DNA from: Eledone cirrhosa
Lineage: Eukaryota
NCBI GenBank assembly: GCA_964016885.1
Contig: OZ024741.1
Location: forward strand, 94,550,001-94,614,000
Reading direction: 5' to 3'
DNA: 64,000 nucleotides
Positions 1 through 13,780 of this stretch are shown here, piece after piece. The notes beneath the pieces were generated by a model that was not told where the DNA came from, searched no databases, and was given only the letters and a program-made list of their open reading frames with translations. Made by a program: the position numbers and the translations under genes. Each line of letters begins with the position of its first letter. Within the stretch, counting starts at the first letter, position 1.

Positions 1-1253
1 TACAATTTATACATCCTTAGAGATAAGATTCCTCAATTTAATTCCTAGTTTATTAGTCTTTCATTTAAACAGCACTTCTCAAACTCTTCCAACAGACTGT
101 TACGCTCTACATGCAGTTCATTGCTTGTCAACTGATACACGAAAGTAAGTTGTAATCTGATGTAACGTAATGTGTTCTTTGAAATATTTCCCCATTAAAC
201 TCAGATAAGAAATTGTATCTGTGGCTAGGGTATGTAAGACTAAAACTTCCAATGCCAATACCATACAAAAGCTCAATGGTTTTCTTTGTTACTTCTTCAA
301 ATAAGAAAACTGATAGACTGTGTGAAACACTATATATAGAACAATAACCAATAGAATTGCATTTTATATATATTTCAGTATCACAAAGTATCATATCACC
401 GATATAGACAGTAATTTCTAAATTAAATGAAAATAGAAGCATGATAGTATTCTGCCAATCGTTTCTACTCCTACTGAATCATTTTGAGACTTTATGTTGT
501 TATAAATAAAGATTATCATAGAAGTGTACCATACAAATTCATCGAAAATAAGGCATATTTCAATGAAAACAAATCCCTAAGGTAAATACTACAGTGTATT
601 AATACAAAGATATACTTAAATGAACGTAAAAGTAGACTAAGTAATGTGTACATTACATTAACGGGATTAGAATACAGAATGTAGAAGGGTTTCATTAATG
701 CTAGAAATATGAGATTCACTGCTATTTAGAAGAAAACACACAAGTTCTCTCTACTGCCAACTTCCACTGCACTGAGTGACTGCGATGCCGTGGCTAATGA
801 TGCACAGGTGTGGTCGTCTTTTGTCAAGCATGGTTTTTTTTCTTGTTGTTTTTCATCCAGAGTTTGTCTCTATGGATTATCCATAAACCAAGCTTGGGAG
901 GGAGAGGGGTTTCTGACATTTAGAATGTTCTTAGGCACTCATAACTATCTATTAATCGGGCAATGTGTCCCGTTGAACAGTAGCCTTGCATTTTATAGAA
1001 AGTTAGTAGCTGGTATTAGTAATATGTTTGGCGGATGCTATGGACATTGATGGAGATCAACAGGACAGTCTTTTTTTCTTTGTGGTCGAAGAATATGTAT
1101 AACTTTAATGGTCTGGCAAACTTAGCCAGTGTTATGTTTTTGTGTTCTTTACTCACTTCTTCTTTGTTCAAACTTGTCAGGTATTAACTTTTTTAATTAT
1201 CTAAAAATGCTGGAAATAATCTTTCATTTCTAACTAAAACCATTGAAAACTTG

Positions 1254-1774
1254 CCGTATATATTCGTGTATAAGCTGAAAATATATAACAAAAAAAATTG
1301 GATGAGAAAATGCTTATATTCGACGTCAATATTTTGCCGATGTTCACCAACTTAAAAATTCTATATAAATGAGGTGCTAAAATATTTTAAATGAGGTGCT
1401 TTTAGAGGTGAATATTACACCGGTTTCACTTTGTGGGTGAATATTACACTGGTTTCCCTGTGGAGGTGAAATTCGTATTTTCTATTGTATTTGTTTATGT
1501 CTTGAATGAATATGGCCTTCAAAACGGTTAGAAATTGGTGAAAAATCATTACGTAATGGATTTGTGAAACAAAAATTATATTCTAAACGACACTTAAAAC
1601 ATTTTAAATACTTCATGAATACATTTTCCACTAATGAGAATTTCAAAACCACACCATCTAAACATAATGTGTTGATTACTTGCCTCGACATATAAACGAG
1701 GTTTGGGTTTTTGCCTATTTCTTAGACATAAAATAGACTTATATTCGAATCGACTTATATTCGAGGATATGCGG
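1254..1774. mobile_element. Tc1/mariner-pogo-like MITE
   Basis: Imperfect TIRs CCGTATATATTCGTGTATAAG (1254) and CTTATATTCGAGGATATGCGG (ending 1774), followed by TA; no ORF. Confidence 0.6.
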
Positions 1775-4006
1775 TAAGTGTGCTCGTTTGTGTGTGTATA
1801 TCTATGTGTTTTTGAAAGGTGGCCTTCTTAAAGCTAGGGGGGGGGGGGCAGGTGTTAACATAGGGGCTTGATGCTTGGAGAAAGATAATTCAAGGAACAG
1901 ATAATCTTATTAACAATAACGGGGATTCTATTTCTATACGTTAGGCACACTATATGATATTTAGCAATTGTGACGTTCATTTACTTTCACAGTCTGAAAT
2001 GGTGGTATTGCAATAGAAAGCAGAACCCTTAGTGTTTCCATCATGACCTAAGCCCATTAAGGACTCCAAATTAAGCAGTATGAATTAATAAAGTATTCAT
2101 TAATCTAATAATGCTGAGACTATATACAGTTGTGATGCGTTCTACACTAACGAGTTGGGATAAAAGACTTAGTGTCAGACACAGTGATGATATAAATCAC
2201 CAGTCTCTCATATAGTTAATTATCAAGCCATCCATGGTTTTTAGTTTTATGTTGTATGTAGTAAGGCATGGATATTGAATGTAATAAATGTACAGTGACT
2301 AGAGAGGGATAAAATACGGTCAGTTGGACGTTTAATAGTATGAGAACACACCTGGATATCAGAAATGGTAGCCTTCTTTTCGGCCAGGGTAGGCGAATTC
2401 ACCTTTAAATTCTTTCCCTCCAAAGAAAGACAAATGTCCGAAATATTCATTTTTTTTACTCCCCCACAACAAATCAACTTACTGTAGCTTATTTTCTTCT
2501 GGGAACTTTTATGCCATAAATGGAATTGGTCCTACTATAATTATTTACTTTAATGTAATTTCTAATGTAAATTTTCTATTACCTAAATAGTTTTTTAAGG
2601 AAAATCTTTTATTACAGTTGTATAAAAAATATAATAATATAATGGTTACAGAACGAAAACACAAACACATATAATATATACAAAGCAGGTAATACATACA
2701 TCTAAAACCACATGCAACAAAAGGGAGGCGAAAGGGGTGAGCAAACGAACCGCTACCAGAGCAAAAGATAACAGTATTACGAGGAGCACTGAGAAACTTC
2801 TCTAAGTTTTCGGGTTCAGATCGGAAACTGTTATGTAGTTAATAAATGTGGCTTCATATTGTTTAATTTTTAAGGTTTAAATTATATATTCCTTCCGAAG
2901 TATGTATTGGAAGTGAAAATCTTAAAATTTGTGTTTCTTGTTTCCATTTACAGCGTGTCACGAGTTTCTTGCTTTCATTCTAGTTTTCTGGTTATATAAC
3001 CAAAAATTATTTCTCCATTACAATTATTTTTGCTTAACTAAGAATACTTTCTTTAAATCAGGAAGTGGTAGAAAATTGAATAAAATATTTTCTAAATTAT
3101 ATTATCTTAGGGTTGACTTTGTTTTTCATGTCTATGAATTGATAGGTAAATACCAATAACACATTGGTATTAATTAAGTCAGCTGAATTGACACCAATTG
3201 TGTTCCCAGTTTAAAAGAATGAATATTGTTCTCTATCGGTCTGAACAGTTTGCACTGACTAATCAAAAGTATAGTTTAAACTCCCAAATATATGTGCTCA
3301 AACTATTAATCATAGTGTATAGAGTGAAAGAATCACAAATGTTATACAATTTTATATAATTATAATTATTTTATTTGGGAAAACTGAGCACGTAACAGAG
3401 AAAGAGGCGCACGTTATTGAGGTAGCTTAAGGAACTAAATACCCAAGTGCCGGCTCTGTGTCTAGATAGATTTTAATGTGAAAGAGGTCATTGTGTGACT
3501 GCTTCTAAAAACTGTTCATACTGGTAATGTTACTTTTCTCAATTATAGATCTATAGGTCTTTATAATGCAATTAGTATTCTGTATTTCTTTCCTTTTTTA
3601 TGGCAACATCACAGCACTGAAGTCCATCTCCTTAAATTCACCAATGATTCAATAGTTACTATAAACAGCCAGTCTAAATCTTTTAGTGAGGATATATCTA
3701 CAGTTGTTATGTTTCAGTCCAAAATTAGTTCTGATCGTGGAGGTCCTTGGCACAATTTACCATGAACCACTTCATATAATACATTATTTTCCTCTGTAGG
3801 ACTGCAGGGAGTGATTTTATAAAAATTTGGCTACTATTTTTAGCAAGTCCAGCGACCATATAAAGGCCTTTAATATTGTCGATCGTACGCTTTATTTAAT
3901 AATCAGAGTTAATAAATATATTTAATTATCACTGTAACTGATTAATTTATTACTAGAAATTGATTTACTGAAACTTATGTCTGGTATTTTTCAACGTATC
4001 CATTTA

Positions 4007-4230
4007 GGGCCTTGTGGATTGGCAGTATCGGTAGAGGGTCAGACACCATGCTTTGCAGCATAGAGTTACGGCCCTTTATGCCCTGAGTTCAAATCCCGCC
4101 GAGGTTAACTTTGCCTTTCATCCTTACGAGGTCGATAAAATAAAGTACCAGTCACGCACTGAGGTCGATTTAATCGACTTTCCCCTCCCTCCAAAAATTG
4201 ATGGCTTGTGCCTATATAAGAAACCAATAT
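4007..4230 (+). mobile_element. tRNA-derived SINE (octopod-type), near full length
   Basis: A box TGGCAGTATCGG, B box GAGTTCAAATCC, body CGAGGTTAACTTTGCCTTTCATCC...GATAAAATAAAGTACCAG shared with more than 15 copies in the window. Confidence 0.9.
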
Positions 4231-4259
4231 TTGCCCTTTATTATTGTTCAATATAATAA

Positions 4260-4487
4260 TGATTTCTACTAGAGGCACAAGGCCAGTAATTTTTTTTTTT
4301 GGGGGGGGGGGAGAAAGTTGATTAAATCGACCCCAGTGCATTACTGGTACTTTATTTTATCGACCTCGTAAGGATGAAAGACAAATCTAACTTCGGCGGG
4401 ATTTGAACTCAGGAAGTAAAGGGCCATAACTCTATGCTACAAAGCATGGTGTCTGACGCTCTACCAATATTGCCAACCCATCGCCCT
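4260..4487 (-). mobile_element. tRNA-derived SINE
   Basis: Reverse-complement copy of the same family; flanked by TTCAATATA target duplication. Confidence 0.88.
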
Positions 4488-5416
4488 CTCTTCAATATAT
4501 AAATACAATGCTTCAAGTTGAATTTTACATTCATTTTAATGGCTATTCCGTTATTTTACCAGCGAATACTTCAATTAAAATCTTAAAGGATTAATTTATG
4601 GTTGGTATTATAAATTAGTTCAGATCAGTAATAAGGTTATGAGTACTTTCTCCCAGTCTAGAGAAACTCTCATCAGAAAAAAAACACTGATACATCAAGA
4701 TTTGACAGAATGGTCATTATATTTGTCGATTGTTGTACTTTTATGCAACTTAACCTGACCTTAAGCCAACGCATCACAATTAGACGCATCATGACCTTCA
4801 CGTAACACCAATAAGATTATTAAACTTTATTACAAGTTTTAATTTTATATTTTCATATTTATAATTTCTTAACTTTTTACAACTGTTTCTCTAGTCCAGT
4901 CTTTCTCTCCCACTCTTTCCTTATCTATTTCAATGTTCCACATCTCTCTCTCTTCTTCTCTATACTTCTTTATCTTGATCTCCTCCTTACCTCGTATATC
5001 TCTTCCTTCTCTCATTTTCTCTCCATCTTTCAATCACATCACTCGTCTCTTTTATATTACTCTCTCTCTCTTTCACTCTCTCTCTATCTCTCTCTCTCTC
5101 TCTCTCTCGTTCCTGCTGTCACTTCTGTCTTTTCTGTCATCACATCACCTTATTTCTCAGTGTCTCTCAAACACATCCTCTCTCAGCCTCGATCCATTAC
5201 TGTGGCACCACACTTCCTACCTAATAGCCTTAGAAAATACAATTATCTGATAGTTATTATGTATCCCTTTCTAGAGAATCGTTATTTTCTCAAGTTATGT
5301 TAAACACAAGAAATACATAGAAATACAACAGTTCCTTTAGTAATTCCATGACCTTTCATTACAAACTCTAGATATGTCTTTTTCTCTACCCAACATCTCT
5401 CACTCTTTCTTTCTCA

Positions 5417-5477
<61 letters not shown>

Positions 5478-5480
<3 letters not shown>

Positions 5481-5531
5481 AAGTATGTATGCATACGTAC
5501 ATACATATATGTATACAGACGTACAGTAGCA

Positions 5532-5601
<70 letters not shown>

Positions 5602-5979
5602 TACGGGTACACATATATATATGTACGTATCAGTTTAGCGAACGTTTATTATAACGCCCGCTTTGTCCGTTTTCGGTACGCCTGGCCGACTGAACTCACT
5701 CGATATGCAAATTAGGCTGCTCAGCCGTTAATTTTCATAAGGAAAGTATATACTTTCGAACGTTCAACTATCTGGCAGAAGGGTATACGGTGCTGATGAT
5801 AGCTAACAAGCTTGAAACTAGTACATCGTTCCTGTGTCAGTGTTGAACAAAAAGGTGACGTGGTTGCCTTAACACGTATGGCATAAATCAGGCTGTTCGC
5901 TTGTTTACAAACGGACAAAGCGGGCGTTATAATAAACGTTCGCTAAACTGATACGTACATATATATATGTGTACCTGTA

Positions 5980-6043
<64 letters not shown>

Positions 6044-6155
6044 TGCTACTGTACGTCTGTATACATATATGTATGTACGTATACATACATACTTACATTT
6101 AAGTAAGTGCCGTACTAAGAGTGTGAAATGAAATTTCGTTTCATTATATTACAAC
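5478..6155 (+). mobile_element. Non-autonomous PLE-like pLTR fragment with fold-back arm
   Basis: 5478-5671 is the inverted repeat of about 5910-6095; carries a hammerhead; same family at 40905-41045 and 42280-42700. Confidence 0.7.
5787..5829 (+). ncRNA. Type I minimal hammerhead ribozyme
   Basis: ACGGTG-CTGATGA-TAGCTAACAAGCTT-GAAA-CTAG-TA-CATCGT: 6-bp stem I, intact core, palindromic stem III, GUA triplet. Confidence 0.85.
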
Positions 6156-6381
6156 TTATATATATATATTGTTATACTTGGAGAGGGTCATATTTGCGTA
6201 ATATTGCCAGAATTAATAACAGAACACACTCACTGTTTGGTTGGTTTTCGCTTCTCGCTGTCTTTTATATCTGCGATCTAACTTACTCGCTAAACTAATT
6301 CATCGCCGCTATATATATATATATATATAGCTATATAGCTATCTCTATCTACGAGTATATATGTATATAGCTATCTCTCTC

Positions 6382-6521
<140 letters not shown>

Positions 6522-6607
6522 GCTATCTGACTAGCTAGCTATCTTTATCTATCTCTCACGTTTTCTCAGCATCATTACTCAATCAAGCATTCATTATTAA
6601 TTTAAAA

Positions 6608-6796
6608 GGGCGGTGGATTGGCAGTATCGGTAGAGGGTCGGACGTCATGCTTTCCAGCATAGTTACGTCCCTTTACGATCTGAGTTCAAATCCAGCCGAG
6701 GTTGACTTTGCCTTTCATCCTTACGGGGTCGATAAAATAAAGTACCAGTAATGCACTGGGTAATTGCTGGCCTTGTGCCTAAAGTAGAAACAATTA
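6608..6796 (+). mobile_element. tRNA-derived SINE
   Basis: A/B boxes plus family body; ATTATTAATTTAA target duplication on both sides. Confidence 0.9.
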
Positions 6797-7259
6797 TTAA
6801 TTTAATAATTGTTGTCATACGTCATTTACTGGAGATCAAAGCAAGGAAACAAGTTCTATTTTTTTTCTAAATCTTGCAAACATTTTGATAAAACAATATA
6901 ATAGATCAGTTAAATCAATTTGCCATACCAAGTTTACAGACTGTTAGCCTCATCTATTTAGTTACGTTTTTTTTTTTTATTTTATGTTTAGTTATTTTTT
7001 TTATCACTGTGCTTCCAACGATTCGAACTCCCTTCGTCAAATATATCATTTTTGTCATGTTTGTGCATGTGTATGTGCTCTGGCTGGTTTCTAAACCCGA
7101 GGCCGCATCACTGGAGTAGCAATATTGAGTTGTATTGTTGTTGAAAGAATTACATACATACATACATACATGCATACATACATAGATACATACATACATA
7201 GATACATACATACACACAAAAAACACTCCTCACCAACAAACACAAAAAAACCTCACTCC

Positions 7260-9350
7260 TTACCAACAAAGAGTGAAAAATAAAATAGAGACGGTGTTTG
7301 GTAATACTAGAACCAGAACTCTTCAATATAAACTGATCACCCTCAAACAAGAATTGGGAGCTGTTAGCGAAAAACGCCGATACCTGAAGAAGGTAGATGA
7401 AAGAAAAGTGCTTAATAAAAGATTCAGACGAAACCAAACATCAGTCTATAGAGATATGAAGGGCAAAATAATAAGTGTCACTGAGGACCCATCCGAGAAA
7501 GACAGATTCCTTTGGGAGAAATATATGGGGTGAAAAGAAGAATTTCAACCAAGATGCAGTGTGGCTAAAAGAAATCCGAAAGAACTATTGCTCCTACACT
7601 ACAACAAGACATACGAAATAAGTGAGGGCACCCTTGAGACTGTGATAGGAAAACTCCAAGATAAGAAAACACCAGGAAGAGTCATGACTGTCGCCTACTG
7701 GTACAAAAAACTAATATTCTATCGGAGGTATCTTACTGACCTCTACCAACAAGTTCTTATACCAGAATGGTTGACATTAGCACAAACATTACTGGTCCCC
7801 AAGAACAAAGACACCCACTTGGCAAAAACTCCTAATCAACAAAACTGCGATGTCGGAGGTGCGACAACTTAGGAGGAATATGGCTACAGTCTGGCTGGAC
7901 TACAGGAAAGCTTTTGATTCTGTTCCCCACTCTTCGATGATAGAGGCCCTCCGACTTGCTAAAGTCCCAGACATTATTATCAGAGCCATAGAGAAGCTGT
8001 CTTCTTCTTGGGCTACTATCCTAAAGTTAAAGACATAGAAGGAGGACTCTATTTTCACTGATAAAATAAAATTTCGCAGGGGTATATTTCAGGGTTCCGG
8101 CCTCTGTGTGATATTATTCATCCTATCATTAAAGCCCTTGTCCTTTCTGCTCAAGAAATGTGAAGGATACATCATTGGCTCACAGGAGGACAGAAATACG
8201 AACCTAACCCATAATTTATTTGTGATGATCTGAAACTCTATGCCAAGAACATGGATGGAATGAAGAAAAATCTTGACCTGTTTACAACGTTCTCAAAGGA
8301 TATAGGAATGGAGTTTGACCTAGATAAATGCTCATATGTGACTGTAAAGGGGGGAAAAACAACAACCCAATCTAGCAACATTTGTATCAATGGCCTAACT
8401 GTTTCACCAATATCTGACGTGGACTGCTACAGATACCTGGCGATAGATGAGAACATATCCTATAATGGTATCTGTAATAAGGAACGCGTAACCAGGGAAT
8501 ACTACACCCGATTAAGAAAGATATAATCATCGGAACTCTCTACGCGAAACAAAACAGTGGTTCACAATATGTTTGATGTGCCTGTCCTAACACCAACTTT
8601 TGGAATACTCAATTGGACGATAGACGATTGATGTCAGAACTCGAAAAATGCTAAACAACACCGGAAACTTCCACATCAACAGTGACATAGACCGCCTTTA
8701 CTTGAAACGTAAGCAGGGAGGCAGAGGCCTAACATCAGTCCAGACAGCATTTTAATGTCGCATCAAAGTGTAGGAGCCCATCTCTCGGGCAAGTCTATCT
8801 GCATGAACAGATAAGATCATGAGAGTTGTGAAGGAACTCCTCGAGAGGTATTCCGTGAGTGATAATCAAAAACTCACACCCAGGGAAGTTGCTCAGCAGT
8901 ATCGCAGTGAATCCATGGATGAAAAACTGCATGCTTATCAGCAAAAAATCATGCATGGATATGTTACCAGGAAGCTCCAGAGTGAAAGTAATATAGATAA
9001 AGAAAGTAGTCTATCTTGGACCAACAACCGTTATATTGGCTCCCACTTTGAAGGATACGCTTTTGCAATCCAAGAACAGGAAATCAACACGAAATACCTG
9101 ATTCACAAAAGAGATAGGGATGCAGGCAAAACACCTAGATGTGATAACAAGTGCAGACTCTGCATAATTAACATCGAAGATGTCACCCATGTCATAAGCA
9201 GCTGTCCAAGGATGTCATCATGGTACTATCTACCTATGAGGCTAATGTAGTGGCCAAAACACTGTACAATGCAATCGTAGAAAGGATAGCCTCGATAATA
9301 AACACATTAAAAGCTACAGCAATGTGGAATATATACATATACATAATATG
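7260..9350 (+). mobile_element. R4/Dong-like RLE non-LTR retrotransposon, degraded copy
   Basis: Frameshifted RT (WLDYRKAFDSVPH, GIFQG, DDLKLY) and CCHC knuckle (CRLC...EDVTHVISSC); preceded by (TACA)n at about 7151-7212. Confidence 0.88.
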
Positions 9351-11802
9351 GTAAGAAAACACCAGGAAGAGACATTATTGTCGGCTACTGGTACAAAAAA
9401 CTGATATTCTATCGGAGGTATCTTACTGACCTCTACCAACAAGTTCTTAAGGGAGATACACTTATACCAGAATGGTTGACATTAACACAAACGTTACTGG
9501 TCCCCAAGAACAAAGACACCAACTTGGCAAAAAACTACCAACCCATTGCATGCCAGAACTTGATGTATAAGGTGTATACAGCCTGCCTGAACCTATTCCT
9601 CCAAGATCACTGTGAAAATAATAACATCATCACAGATGAACAAGCAGCTGGAAAGAAAGGGGTTTGGAGATGTGCTGAACAACTCCTAATCAACAAAACT
9701 GCGATGTCGGAGGTGCGACAACTTAGGAGGAATATGACTACAGTCTGGCTGGACTACAGGAAAGCTTTCGATTCTGTTCCACACTCTTGGATGATAGAGG
9801 CCCTCCGACTTGCTAAAGTCCCAGACATTATTGTCAGAGCCATATAGAGGTTATCTTCTTCTTGGGCTACTATCCTAAGGTTAAAGACAGAGAAGGGGGA
9901 CTCTATTTTCACTGATAAAATAAAATATCGCAGAGGTTTATTTCAGGGAGACAGTCTCTCTGTGATATTATTCATCCTGTCATTAAACCCCTTGTCCTTT
10001 CTGCTCAAGAAATGTGAAGGATACATCATTGGCTCACAGGAGGACAGAAATACGAACCTAACCCATAATTTCTTTGTGGATGATCTGAAACTCTATGCCA
10101 AGAACATGGATGGAATGAAGAAAAATCTTGACCTGGTTACAACGTTGTCAAAGGATATAGGAATGGAGTTTGGCCAAGATAAATGCTCATATATGACTGA
10201 AAAGCGGGAAAAACAACAACCTGATCTAGCAACATTTGTATCAATGGCCTAACTGTTTCACCAATATCTGAAGAGGACTGCTACAGATACCTGGCGATAG
10301 ATGAGAACATATCCTATAATGGTATCTGTAATAAGGAACGCGTAACCAGGGAATACTACACCCGATTAAGAAAGATTTGGTCATCGGAACTCTCTGCGCA
10401 AAACAAAACAGTGGCTCACAATGTGTTTGCTGTGTCTGTTCTAACACCAACGTTTAGAATACTCAATTAGACGATAGACGAAATCCGAGCAGTTGATGTT
10501 AGAACTCGAAAAATACTAAACAACACCGGAAACTTCCACATCAACAGTGACATAGACCGCCTTTACTTGAAACGTAAGCAAGGATGCCTAACATCAGTCC
10601 AGACAGCATTTGAATGTCGCATCATGCCCCTCCGACAACACCTACGAACCTCAAAGCGTAGGAGCCCGTCTCTCGAGCAAGTCTATCTGCATTAAACAGA
10701 TAAGATCATGAGAGTTGGGAAGGAACTCCCTGTGTGATAATCAAAAACTCACACCCAGAGAAGTCGCTCAGCAGTATCGCAGTGAATCCATGGATGAAAA
10801 ACTGCATGCTTATCAGCAAAAAATCATGAATGGATATGTTGCCAGGAAGCTCCAGTGTGAAAATAATATAGATAACGACAGTAGTCTATCTTGGACTAAC
10901 AACCGCTATATTGGCTTCCACTTTGAAGGATATGCTTTTTCAATCCAAGAACAGGAAATCAACACGAAATACCTGATTCACAAAAGACATAGAGATGCAT
11001 GCAAAACACGTAGATGTGATAACAAGTGCAGACTCTGCAGAATTAACACCGAAGATATCACCCATGTCATAAGCAGCTGTCCAAAGATGTAATCGTGGTA
11101 CTATCTACCTATGACGTATGATGTAGTGGCCAAAACACTGTACAATGCAATCCGTAGAAAAGATAGCCTTGATAAACACATTAAAAGCTACATCAATGTG
11201 GAAAACATACATATACATATACAAACCCCAATAAAATGCAGGCATAACAGACCAGATATAATGATATGGGACAAGGAAAAGAAGGCATGCACAGTAGTGG
11301 AAGTTAGCTGTCCAGCAGATGCCAATATAATATCAAAGATTAGCGAAAAGAAGAATATCTATGCAGAACTAATGAGAAATCTGCAGATACTCCACCCTGA
11401 TTATACCTTCAGATTTATGCCTGTGGTTATTGGGGCACTGGGATATGTTAGTAACTGCCTCAATATAAATCTTGAGAAGCTGGGCTTCACAGGAACACAA
11501 AGAACACAACTAATTAGGAAATTACAAGTACAATCCATTAATGGAACAGTAAAAATATGTAAAACATTCCAAAAATTTTGCATCTAATAACTGCATATAC
11601 ATACAACTCATATACATGCAACTCAAAACATACACATCCACACATACAATAACATCCCTACCTACACATGCATGCATGCAGACATGTATACATATCTACC
11701 TAGTTGATGTTGTGTAAATTCCAATGAGAGAGTCTTGTAACTATGTTAGAAACCGACTCTCTCTCTATTGGCAAAAATTTGTGAAATTATAAAACCAGAA
11801 GA
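9351..11802 (+). mobile_element. R4/Dong-like RLE non-LTR retrotransposon, 5'-truncated, with 3' end
   Basis: NYQPIAC, FQGDSLS, FFVDDLKLY, CCHC, RLE motifs (HNRPDI...VVEVSCP...MPVVIGALG); 3' UTR 11588-11802 followed by (ACAT)n. Confidence 0.92.
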
Positions 11803-11883
11803 ACATACATACATACATACATACATACATACATACATACATACATACATACATACATACATACATACATACATACATGATGA

Positions 11884-12225
11884 CGATGGCTGCAACTCCA
11901 TTTCGAGTAATGCCATCGCTTGATACTTCAGCATGAGCATCACGGACGTGGCTTTTTAGCCCTGCTATGACCAGCAATACTATGCATCGCAAAAAATGCC
12001 TCATATCAAACGATGCCTGTGCTTGAAGCGTTTTTAAGTGAGGAAAGATTTTGCACGCGGTTAATCCTACTCTCTGAACATCGAATGCATTTTCCCCAAA
12101 AGAAGGACTGGTCTATATCATTGGATGCAAATGAAGTCGCAGATTTTATATCAGAGTGACCTTCTCCTAGAGAGATGTCTTAAAGAAGACTAGGTCTCTC
12201 TCGCTCCACACAAAAAATGTTTAAA
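11884..12225 (-). mobile_element. RTE-related 5' UTR/SINE-like repeat fragment
   Basis: Near-identical copy at 59853-60200; homologous to 37515-37990. RTE affinity is inferred from resemblance only. Confidence 0.55.
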
Positions 12226-12242
12226 TGCATACATACATACAT

Positions 12243-12585
12243 GATGGATGCCTCCTCGTTATCGAGTATGGCCATTGCACGATTTACCATTATTAATAAT
12301 TATTAATTAATTCCATCGTGCAATGCCTGTGCGTGAAGATATTTTTTAAAGTGAGGAAAGACTGTGCACTGAGCCAATCCCACTCTCTGAGCGACAGTAG
12401 CTATAACCCGAAAAGAAGAAAAGATCAACATCATCGGTAACTACTGAGCCGCAGGTTTTATATCGGAGCCATCCCAGTTTCCTTCTAGATGAACGCCCTG
12501 ACAAAGGCTAGGGGTCCTTCACTCCCAGTGGTTTAACCGCGCGACCGGGTGACCAGCCCGACTATTTCTATGTTCCCGCGCATAT
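12243..12585 (-). mobile_element. Second RTE-related 5' UTR-like fragment
   Basis: Shares CTAGCCTTTGTCA...GATATAAAACCTG and AGAGTGGGATTGGC...CCTCACTT blocks with 37730-37910. Confidence 0.5.
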
Positions 12586-12651
12586 ACATACTCATGTATA
12601 TACACATACACATATACATACACATGTAAATGTGTTTATACATATTTACAC

Positions 12652-12838
12652 ACTTTTGGATGGCCGTTGACCCTTATGAGTTCTTCCACCCTTTTCAGGT
12701 TTTGTTTTTTGTCCTGCAGGGTGTCCAAAATCACCAAGTAAACTTGGTGGGGTTGCCGGTTTAGTTGCCGACGACCCAACCATGCGACAGGTTGTACTGG
12801 GTTACATGTTACCAGTAGCACTCAAGTGTGACCCGACA
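12652..12838 (-). mobile_element. 5' head of RTE-related repeat
   Basis: Homologous to 37515-37710 and 60203-60380; flanked by (TACA)n. Confidence 0.6.
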
Positions 12839-12871
12839 TACATACATACATACATAAATACGTACGTACGT

Positions 12872-13195
12872 ATTTATCTAATTGATGTCTAAATTCCAAT
12901 GAAAAAATCTTGTTACTATGTTAGAAACTGACTCTCTCTCTCTCTCTTTCTCTCTCTATTGGTAAAAATTTATAAAATAATGATTTCTAGTATAGGGGAA
13001 AGTCGCCCCAGTACGTTACTGGTACTTTATTTTATCGACCTCGTAAGTATGAAAGGCAAAGTTAACCTCGGCGAGATTAGAACTCTGACTGTAAAGGACG
13101 GTAACTCTTTACTGCAAAGTATGGTGTCCGACTCTCTACCGATACTGCCAATCCACCACCCTAATAATAAAAACAGAAGAACATACATACATACA
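12872..13195 (+). mobile_element. R4/Dong-like 3' UTR remnant interrupted by a minus-strand SINE (12979-13162)
   Basis: AAATTCCAATG...GTTAGAAACTGACTCTCTC...GGTAAAAATT matches 11716-11780; resumes after the SINE as AAAACAGAAGAACATACATAC. Confidence 0.8.
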
Positions 13196-13424
13196 CCTTG
13201 CATTTCCTATATATATCTATATATGCCTGTGACTACTACTACTACTACTACTAGAGCAGAAGTTATATTTTATCAAAGTGCTTTATACTTAGTTACTCTC
13301 AAATATCTTTACCAACCCAATAAATATGAGTTAAATGAGTTGCAACCCCATGAGTTCAACATTTCACAACATACGTTGGAACAGTCTTTCTTCCTTCCTG
13401 TATCATTTTTACTATATGACATAG

Positions 13425-13530
13425 TGGGTTGAATGTCTCAGAAAAAAATCGCTGGAGAGATTTTACGGGCAAAACCAACCGGAAAGAGACCCAGGGGTAG
13501 ACCCCGAGCAAGATGGTCGGATAGTCTCAT
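13425..13530 (+). mobile_element. RTE-clade LINE C-terminal fragment
   Basis: Translates as ILRAKPTGKRPRGRPRARWSDSL, the typical RTE ORF terminus motif. Confidence 0.7.
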
Positions 13531-13559
13531 TAATTAAAAAAATGTGTTAGAGACACATC

Positions 13560-13780
13560 ACCACAAACAGACGCTGAAGAGAAACGATTGTCACACTCTG
13601 ACCGAGTCTACCTTGTCCGTCTCCTCTGTGGTTACCACTAAAAGCTACAACAATGGAAATGCAGACTGGACAATGGAGGAAACGCAACAAACTCAGACAA
13701 CCAGATTGCACAACACGCGATAAATCATTGCATGATAGTGTGAGTAGCATGATCATCCACTTAATGGAGACATCGTGTAA
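13560..13780 (+). mobile_element. APE-type LINE C-terminal fragment
   Basis: Translates as EEKRLSHSDRVYLVRLLCGYH*KLQQWKCRL...DC...IHLMETSC, resembling the LxRLRxGH plus zinc-knuckle end of I/Jockey/RTEX-like ORFs. Confidence 0.45.

Noticed and set aside
4007-4100. tRNA gene
   Set aside because: A/B boxes belong to multi-copy SINE heads; no convincing cloverleaf.
4637-4680. Minus-strand CTGATGA...GAAA-GTAC-TC hammerhead-like motif
   Set aside because: Stem I is mismatched, stem II does not close, and a competing hairpin dominates; single copy.
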